Of a DNA stretch of 49,945 bases, positions 36,301 through 46,800 are shown piece by piece (the stretch's first letter is position 1; each line of letters starts with the position of its first letter). The position numbers and the translations under genes were made by a program. The DNA is from Octopus bimaculoides (lineage: Eukaryota), in contig NC_068981.1 in NCBI RefSeq assembly GCF_001194135.2, positions 154,000,179-154,050,123 on the forward strand, given 5' to 3'. A model generated the notes under the pieces. That model did not search any database and was not told where the DNA came from. It saw only the letters and a program-made list of their open reading frames with translations.

Positions 36301-39300
36301 ATTTCAGGTTTTGCTTCCACAACAGGAATTGTTTTACTAATTCTACAACAAATTTTGCTATAAAGAATGAAGCGCATTCAGCACACAGAAGTTCCCAAGT
36401 GCAGATTGTTTTCTTAAATTTCCCTGTTATAGCCTAGAGAACAGTGATGAATAAGAGGGTCATTGTACTTGTGGCTAACTCTCACAAGCCATTTGTCAAT
36501 CTCTAGATCACAAAATGAGTGTCAAATGTTAAGCATAATGAATTACTTTTAGCCAAATACTTCTCACTAAGATGACATCAATACTGCTTCTATCATGGAC
36601 AAAACCAAACTGCACTTCATCTCTGTATGTGTAAAGTTACCTCAAGTCGTGTTGACTCAGAAGGGCCAGTTTCCTGGCTTCCATGGCATATACATCTCCC
36701 ACCTGGATGGGATGCCAGTCCGTAGTAGGATTACCCATTCTTGCCAGCTGAGTGAAGTGGGGCAACATGAAATGAAGTGTTTTGCTCAAGAACACAACAC
36801 GTTGCCCAGTCCAGGAGTCGAAACCACAATCTTAGGATCATTAGTCCAACACACTAACCACTAAGCCACACACACCTCCACTTTGTGTGTGTGTATGTAT
36901 ATCTATATACACACACGAGTTTAAAACAGTATCTGTCTACCAAATCCACTCATAAGGAATTGGTTGACCCCGAGTAATAGTAGAAACCACTCACCCAAAG
37001 TACTACAAAGTGGGACTGAACCTGGTTGCAAAGTGAATTTCTTAACCTCACAACCATACCTGCACCTGTCTAATTCATATTCTGGTAACACGAGTACAAC
37101 AGAATATGAACCACTTGAGGACAACAGCAATAACCTTAAAACAAAGTGCAAAACAGCCTCCAGTAAATCTTCACATTTAGTTCTCAAGTCCATCAGTTCT
37201 TGTTAAGCTTTGTTGTGATATGTTTATTATGCAACATTAAAATCAACCTCTTCGGGTAACTGATTTGAGTATTACACTACATAATTTCTCTCATGGACAG
37301 CTATGTGGACAATTCAGCAGTAGATAGTGGGAATAACTTTCACATAAACCTTTACATTAGATTAACTGAAAACATTGTTTATAGAGAAATATTATAATCA
37401 AAGCTTTAGTTTCATTACATGGATCTCTTTGTAATCATAAACAAATTCAAATTTGAGGAAATTTCTAAATGTAAGAAGAGAATACAATATTTTATTATCA
37501 CTATATTTTGTTAAGTTATTTTATGAACCTAAGGACCACAATTATTAGCTGCTATAAATGTGGGGAAAAAAACAACAAAATAATGAAGTGTAAATATTTT
37601 TATCCTTACATCTGTGTCAGGATCATTGTCATCAGGATAAAATATACAGTATTTTTCAGCCACAAGGACATCATTAATATGAATGTCAATTTTGTTGTCA
37701 GAAGTATCTGTCAGACAGACAGACATTATACGGTCCTAAACAAAAAGATAAAAGACAAATAATTGGATAACATTTGGATGGTGTCTGGGGATTATTCTAC
37801 CCACCTACAGCCCTAAACAAAATGAATTCTTTTAACATAATTATCAGCAATTAAGTGTAAAAAAAAATAAATATAACAGAAGTAAGTCGACAAGAATGCA
37901 TAAGCCTAAATATTTTTAAAATAATTTACCATCAGCCTAAGAAAGTTGCAGTGATTCATAAGTTTCAATACATCAATTATTTTGTGACAAATTTTCTCTC
38001 ATGAAATATATTACTGTTTACTACTGTTTTAATTAATTTTGGAAATAATCAGGAATAGAGAGGTTTAGTGAAGCAACTAACTTTTACATTTAAGCTATTT
38101 GGAAGATTCTTTGAAGAGAAACTTATGAGAGATTGGAATCTTTATCTGTAAACTCTTAAAAGAGGTCATGTATCATAAAATTGAAGCAGTCTCCAGTAGG
38201 ATAGTATCAAATGACAGAACAGTAACTGTCTTATATAGTCAAAATTCATGGTGGGATTGGGTAGCCATTCTTTGAAAATGACAGCAATTTTCTTTTTAAA
38301 GAAAGAAAGAGTTATAGAAAATAAAAAAAATTGGTTTTTAAACAAATGTTTAAATAATAATTAAAATATACCTTCACTTGTGTAACAAGAGCAATTAGTG
38401 GTTTGTTGAAACACAGAGATAACATACGGTTCCTGGCTTTTGTGCTCCATTCCTAAAGAAATAAATCAAAACTTACATTGAAACATAAAACAATTCTGAA
38501 TGTTAACAACTAATATCAAAACAAGCAATGCAAAGTGAATGCTTATCTATTTTAACACACATATATATGGTAATGGTGTAAAAAAAAAAAAAAAAGTACA
38601 AACAGAAAAACTGGATTCTCTTTAACCCTTTAGCATTCAGATTACTCTATCAAATGTAATGCTTATTTATTTACATTCTTTTGAATTAATCATGCATTAT
38701 CTCACAGCTTGTTTACTTTTAGTATGATATTGTACAGTATGTGCAAGAGGCCAGATTTGGCCAGTTTGGGTAGAATATTTTGGTTGGATATGACTAATGC
38801 TACAGGGCTAAATAGTTTAATAATTTTGGTGCCTTAGTGATGCTTCTATACGAAGGGTGGAATCATTTTTACAAGATACTAGAAAAATAAGCACTAAATT
38901 TCTGTAAAAAATATCTAAATCTCAAAGAAGGAAAAAAAAAAAAATTCTTATTGGGAGAGGTATGTATAACTGCGTAAATATAACCTACTTAAAAAGTAAT
39001 ATACTGAGACTTGTTATGCTTCAGCAATTCTCAGTGTGAAAAAGATGTTTCCAAAAGTCATGGGTGCTGTATTGTTTTTTGATTTTGTAAGCATGTAAAC
39101 AAGTATTATACATGAAAATCTTTAAATAACTTACATCATTAATTGGTTTTACATTTGCTAATCTTCCTTCTATTGCTTGCATTGGTAGACTTAAGAAATG
39201 GTTTCTGTAAAAGACATAAAATTAGAACCCTCAGATTCAAAGCTATTGGGAGAAGTAAAGAAGATGAACTGTTAGAAAAGAGGTTCTAACATACCGAAGT

Positions 39301-42300
39301 AAGCGCAGAGAGTTGCGAGAGACTGTGCAAGTATTGCCATAGTCAACAAAATACACCTGTAAACCAATAAAATTACACAGGTTACAAATGGATGCAGAAA
39401 ATTTTCAAAGATATAAAAAAAAATATTGCATAAATAACAAAGAATTCAAAATAAAAAATAACAGAATACATTCCTTTTCTAAATGTAAGGTTAATGTGCT
39501 GGACAGCATGAAATTTAAAATGCTATATTTTAGAAAATAAGCAGATTGTCAAAACAAGCAATGCAACCTTTATATAAAGGTTTGACATGCTTGATAATAA
39601 TATTTCTGGCTATATATTTCAATTTATTTTGTAAATATTAAACAATTTAGAAATAGAATAACTTTTTGGTTCAGTATTAAGTTGTGTTTAGAACAAAAAA
39701 ACCATGATGGAAGACTTTATTTTTAAAATTTACAAAGAAATAATTTTGTATCATTGAAACAGAGACAGTGTTAGGAAGATTGACATTGAAAAGGATTAAA
39801 TGTTTAAGATGCTACGGAGATATTCCATCAAAATATTGAAGGAACCAAGAGAGAACTGTTAAATTTTAGGAATAATATTTTTATGATATTTTGTAATACT
39901 TACCTCAACAAAGGATACATTTGGTACCTTCGTAACATAAACTCTATGCCAATTTTGATCTTCGGGATATATAGCTGCTGCTACTAAGCCTACACAAATG
40001 TATTCATCTGGAACATGATAGGCATCAGCATCGGAGGAATAATATAATAATCTATAAAAAAAACAAAAAACAATATTAATTCATTGATTACATGAATGGG
40101 CACATGGCTGGTAACTAAACGATCGTGCAAGATTAGAGAACACTCTTCAATAGAATATAAAATCAAATATATCTAAACATTTGTTTCTTCATATTGTCTA
40201 ATTTAATTTTCTTTAAATTCTTCTTTGATTCATTCTGTCTGCTTTCTTTGAATTACCTCTACTTTGATTTTCCTGATACTTCATGTATTTTTCATCAGGT
40301 ATACAATTTAATGTTTGAAATTCAATAGATCTATATTACACACCTACAAATTATTTTATTCTGTGCCAATATTTAGATACTCAACTCTTTAGGTTTCATT
40401 GTTATTCAACATAATTTCTTTCTAACAAACATTTTTATAAAACACTTTATGAACAACTTTTTGTTATCACAAACACTGATCAAGTCATTCCATCATCATC
40501 ATTTAACGTCTGTCTTCCATGCTAGCATGGGTGAGATGGTGCCACAAGAACTGGCAAGGCCAAAGCCTGCACCAGACTTCTGTGACTATAAGAGATTCTT
40601 CATTTCTAACTCCTTTGTTGCATTATATCCAATTTCCTACTAAAATCTCCAGTTAATTTATATTTAAATAGAAAATCCCAGTTGTGAATTTTACTTTAAA
40701 ACTCTCAAATAGTTGGATAAATTAAAACAAAATAAGCCTTTAATATTCCCAAAAATTGAAATATTCTTGTGTCAGTGATATGATAAAATGCATCCAGGCC
40801 ATGTTGTAAAATGATTAGTGATAGGAAGGGCATCTAGCTGTAAAGACCATACGTAACAACAAAGGTTGGTAGTTTTATCTTTTGTTGTGTGTATCAGAAA
40901 ACAAAGGCCAAGTAATAAGATGTGCTGTAAACAAAACTGTCCAATCCATGCCAGGATGGAAAAACAAAAAAATTATTTTATTTTGAATTTGAACACCATC
41001 CGAAAGATCTGAGGTATAATGACAAAAAAGTTCAATTTAACAAAACATTTACTACATATGGAAACTCAAATCTACTCTGTGAGATGTCATCTTTTTCAAC
41101 AAGTTCATATACTGGCATAACTTGCCTAGTTTCCTATGAAAGCTGCATGTGATTATGAGAAGCCATCAAATAGGTTTCACAAGATGAATAGATTACAATA
41201 AGTGAATAATCTTCAACCCTTTAGTGTTCACATTATTCTGTCAAAAGTAATGCTTGTGTATTCACATGTTTTTAATTAATCTTGCATTATCTCATAGCTT
41301 TGAGATAACTTAATGTTTAGAATGACATTTGTAGGATAGGTGTGCAAGACCAGATATGGCCAGTTTGAACATAATACAGGTAGAATATTTGGGCTGAATA
41401 TGGCTGGTGTTAGTACTAAAGGGTTAATAGAAAGTTTTCTCATATCAATCAATAAATTTAACTTACTCAAGTTCATCCATCAAATTCTCCAAAGCAACAG
41501 AGTATGCTTTTCCTCGGAATTTTAACCAAAAATGTCCTGGGTTTTCAATGTTGCTAACAAACACTTCAACGAAATGGATGTTATTTGGTATATCAAGAAG
41601 TCGATATGACACACCAGGACCAACAGCATCTTCTGGTAAGGATGTAATGGATAAAGACTGGGGAGGATTCTGAAATGGTTGTAACATTAGTTTGAACATT
41701 CTTAAATATATCACATTAAATAAGAAATAATAAAGTGGGAAATAGGCAAGCATTTTAAAATCAAGTGTGTGTGTGTGTATAATGTACATATGCATATATT
41801 TATGCATATGTAAACATGCAATCTATATACAGTACTCATAACACTAAGTCAAACTACAAGAAGCTGGTGGTATGAGATTGATATTCTAAGTTCTCACACA
41901 CTTATATCATTACAAAAACGTTTATATTAAAAGAACACACAAGTGCACATGCACACACACACATTGAGTTAGTGTGTGGATATAATAGTATTCAACAGTT
42001 AATTAGTAGCCAATGGAATGCAAAACTCCAAAATTACATGAAAACATTTTGGAGAATTATGAATTTTATGCCCTCGTCTGATCACTAGTCTCCATGAATT
42101 CTGAATTAACAAGTACCCCAGGCTCACAAAGAGAGCACTGGAATATGAGGAGGTAAGCAAAAATATTTCAGGATATTTCAAACTGTGTCCAACAAAACAT
42201 ATACAGGGAAAAAATTACTTGGAAAGAATTTATTTCCAACCTCAACTGTATTATGTGTAAGCAGAAATTAAACCAATCAAACCATCCCTTAATATTATTG

Positions 42301-43789
42301 ATACTATTCAAGCAAACCACTAACTTTAAAGTGTTCATAGTTAAATTAAAATCTATCAGTGCTATATAAGTACATTTAGTTGCATTCTATTACAAATGCC
42401 TGGTAAATATATCAACTAATGAAAAAAGTTATAGTTATTTTACTAACTACTAAATTTTTGAGTATTTGAAAATTAAATGAAACATAACAGGGAAGTTTTC
42501 TTGTTAGAAAAATAGACAAAAAAATGGTTAAAACAATAAAAACAGAAGAGTCAAGCAAAAGTAAGAGGCAGGAATGAGAAGTATAATTAATAAATGATTA
42601 ATACCACAGAATGTTTTGGAACAGGTTGTTGTATACGTTGCTGATTTTCATTAGAGTTGTGTTTTTTTGCAGATTTTATAGTCAAACATGCTGTCATAGA
42701 AAAGTGAAAAGAATTTCTTTTACAAATTGATAGAGATGAAAATAAACAGAGAATTTTTAAAGGTATTAAAATAGTATATACCACAAAAGAATTTACACGT
42801 TAGTAAAAACATACATTAACACTTTTTTTAATAATCTTTACCCATTTTAAAAAGTCATCTCAAGCAAATGACTAACAAACCAGTGAGATTTTGAAATGAG
42901 AGTTCATTGCTCTAATGGAGTAGTGTTTCTGAGCCATATTCCAAATGGAATGCAAATTGCACAATCAAACTTGCCTGAGGCACAGTCCTCTCAAATCTCA
43001 AGTCAGTTCAAGTTAAAGCCATTTTGCTCATTAACCTGAATAGTAACTTCTATGAGACAACCATAACTTTTAAATGATAAAAACATTTTCTTTATTTAAA
43101 AGAAAACTTGGAGAAAGCTATTATCAATATTCAACCTACCAAGTAAGATATTTAGTTGCAAGGAACTGTTATTTAATATTAATCTAGACTTTTACAAAAA
43201 ATATAATTTTTCAAACTTTTAACCTCATCTTTGATGTAATGAGGCATGCACAACATATAGTTTAGAAGTAAAGGCTCCTAGTTTGAATTCAGCCCAGATG
43301 TATGTAGATGTAAATATTTACAAAAAACAAAATGCCTTATCTATAGAAATTAGGTTAATAGCCTGAAAAATTATAAAGCTATTAACATCTCATCTTGGAC
43401 ATTCAGACATTCAAAATTTTATAATATAATTTTCTTGTCCGTAGTTGTTGATTCTGGTAGTAAACATTAAACCAGGAAAAGGAAATAGGATTCTTTAATA
43501 TGAACTATTAACAATGGTGGCTTCTCTAACAAGAAAACCATGAACATTCACACATATCTAATATTAAATAAATTTACTTAATACCAGATTATCTTAGACT
43601 AGTCTTGACTCTCAAATCAAATTGTTCATTAAAACCTCATAGATACAAGTAAATGAGTGCTCTACAGATATAAACTATATGACCTGTCCAGATTGCTGCT
43701 CAACAGACCAGTTGGAGAGTAATAATTATCTCTTGTGTCACACAAAAGGCTATGCAAATACACACACAACAGAAAACATTTTATAAAAC

Positions 43790-43828
<39 letters not shown>

Positions 43829-46800
43829 CCTACCTATACATATATACACACACACACACATTATATAAAACATATACTAACCATTTCCAGAGTAACTTAT
43901 TTCAATAATATTATTGGCCAGTGAGAGTATGTAGCTCTCCAGGCTTTTATAACCAACATCTGAGGGTTGAAATTCTGATCCTGTTGTTGCCTGAAATAAA
44001 AGGAATAGTAAAATAAATGGAGAAACTACAAATTATTACTTCTTCCAAGATTAAATAGAAGAATTCTAAAATGCTTTCACTAAAAGTCAATAATGACCAC
44101 ATTACTGAAAGCAATATCATAAATTCATCTTGCCCTTATATTTCTATATTTCCAAGGCTTCAAAAATAAAATCCCAAGTTCCCTTTTGACTACGCACCTT
44201 CAAAGTCGAAAATGAGAGTACTTGGATAAATTAAAACTGAAAAAAAAATGAGTCACAAACAACTGGAATGATTTTGATCATAGGCCATCTTCTTCAGGGA
44301 TGACCTGTGGCTAAACAACAGTATAACACTTGGAAACAAATTTTATACTCTGTGCAGTAATTACCAAGTCTGTGCATGAGAAGACTCGGCAAGCCAAGTG
44401 AGACCTAAATCCAAGGCCTCTGCCAGGGGTGTAGCCGGCCCACTTATGCGTACCTCTCCTTCTTTGGAAACTAAACTCCGCTTGCGAAGACCTGTTGAGG
44501 CAAGTGAAATTGAAACCAAACTAAATTCGATGACTGGCACCCGTGCCAACGTCGTCTCCTTCATTGGACACGAAACTCAGCTTGTGAAGACTTATTGGCG
44601 CAAGCGAAATCGGGATGGCACCTGTGCCCAGCGTCGCCTTTCTGGCACTTGTGCCCGTGGCATGTGTAAGGACTTTCGAGCGAGATCGTTGCCAGTGCCC
44701 CTGGACTGGCTCTTGTGCGGGTGGCACATAAAATACACCGTTTGAGCGTGGCCGTTTCCAGTCCCGCCTAACTGGCCTTCGTGCCGGTGGCACGTAAAAG
44801 CACCCACTACACACTCTGAGTGGTTGGCGTTAGGAAGGGCATCCAGCTGTAGAAACTCTGCCAAATTGGATTGGAGCCTGGTGTAGCCATCTGGTTTCAC
44901 CAGTCCTCAGTCAAATCGTCCAACCCATGCTAGCATGGAAAGCAGACGTTAAACGATGATGAGGATGATGATGAATTGTAAATGGCGATTGTTATGAAAG
45001 GGCAAAATTTCAGATATCAAATAACACAATAGAAAGAAACTGCATCAATTAGAAAAAAAAAAAGAAAATTTTGTTGATATCAATATTTCTCACCTTGTAG
45101 TTCTCCATAAAGCAATCTAGATTTAGTCCATTTGGAAAAGATTCCATCATTTTGGAAATACTTAATCGGACTTGTTTTTCTTTTTCTTTGGTTAGCTTAC
45201 TTTTATTTAACTCAAGAGAATGCAACTGATCTATTTGGGGAGAAAAAAAAAAAAAAAAAATAAGAGCTAAAATACCAATTGTAGATGATAAAGTAAACAG
45301 TTAAAATTTTTCATTAAAAACAAACTTTTAAATTGATTAAGACACTTTGCAAGATAAACCGTTTCTATTTGTCCTAGATTCATGCGTTTGATAATTCTAC
45401 TTGTTAAATATGGAAGGTGGACGTTAAACAATGATGATGATGAATTTCAAGTATTTTGAGTACAGATGTTTTATCGCCAAATATCCCCACCCCTTCTTGG
45501 AATCAACTTCAGTAGTGAATTTTAAGTCTACTGCAAGTCTTACCCAAAGGTAGTTTCAACAGGATTTGGAATTCAGCTGATGAGTCATCAAACTGCTCTC
45601 TTAATTTTCTGTCACCAATCTACCCAAAACCACTCCTGATTCTACAATACAAACTTCCTGTTTTAAAGAAAACTAAATGAAAACTTTCATCAAAATTTCA
45701 AATTAATTTATATCCCAACACCAACTTAATAAAATGACACAGTTATCTAACTAAATTTCTCATTATTTTCAAAATTAGCCAAAACAAAGGCAGCATATTT
45801 CAACAAAAATATGGTAATAAAAATGTTGAATATTCAGTAATTCTAACACTCTGGACTTGAAGCAACCATCTTTTTTTCTTTTTACTTCCTATTTTATTGC
45901 TACTACAATCTTGGGAAGTTAACTGGCATAGCAACAGAAGAGAAGGGATAATTAAAAGCAGCCAGTATCAGCACTTACACTTCAAGCTATGAACCAACTT
46001 ATATATCCACATTTCACTATTGTGAAAACACCAGAGACAATCTCAAACCGAGAAACATGAAACATCTCAAAACATACTACATGCACACTTCTCAGAGTTG
46101 TATATTTCTCTGAGTTAATGAAAACATTAAGAAATTGTGATCAAATCACTTTTACCCCTACTAACTGTTGTTGAGCAGTTTTCTCCTCTCACAAAATGGG
46201 GAACAAATTTAAGTCATAGATTTCTATAATGCAAAATGAAATTGCTATATTGAATAGGATGGTAAAGTATTAAGAAATTGTTATAGGTTCCATTTTAAAA
46301 ACAATTTTCTCCTTATAGTCTACAAAGCAATGGAAAACAACAATGAACATATATACTTACTTGCCAACTTCTCTGCAGTTTCTTTAGATTTCTTAGTATC
46401 ATACAAGATCCAATCTCCACTGCCAGCAGGCCTCACAATGTGGACTGTGTCCAATTTGGAAACTAAATCTATTACACTTAGGAAGCCCATATCTCGATAA
46501 TCCAATTCAGAACCATGATGTTTCTGTAAAAAAAACAAAAAACAAAAAAAACAGTGTCTCCAAAATATATTTGGCTTTTTGAGAAAATAATGTAAAATGA
46601 AAATCAAGATAAATGAAGTAATCAATCGTAGAGGTATTGCTTGATTTCATAAGATTTGTTTATCAATTTATTAGTCATTAATATATTTTTCAAGTATTTA
46701 GTGACAGTATTCAAGCAGGTAACCTTGTGATACCTTTACCTTTGTGTGCAGTCTGTCATTTGTGGTACAGAACTTGACCAAATAGCATAGATTCCAAGCC

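Noticed and set aside
36790-36882. tRNA genes (also at 16860-16948, 30273-30360, 49590-49660)
   Set aside because: A/B boxes are present but there is no complete cloverleaf, and each continues into a SINE body.
36921-37206. Overlapping ORFs on both strands
   Set aside because: Half of the span is a SINE head; the acceptor is weak and there is no motif.
42085-42150. Plus-strand GAG|gtaagc donor suggesting an antisense nested exon
   Set aside because: No acceptor, the frame is short, and no partner exons were found.
44361-44900. Four overlapping ORFs of 67-115 aa
   Set aside because: By-product of the GC-rich RTE 3' UTR; no coding signature.
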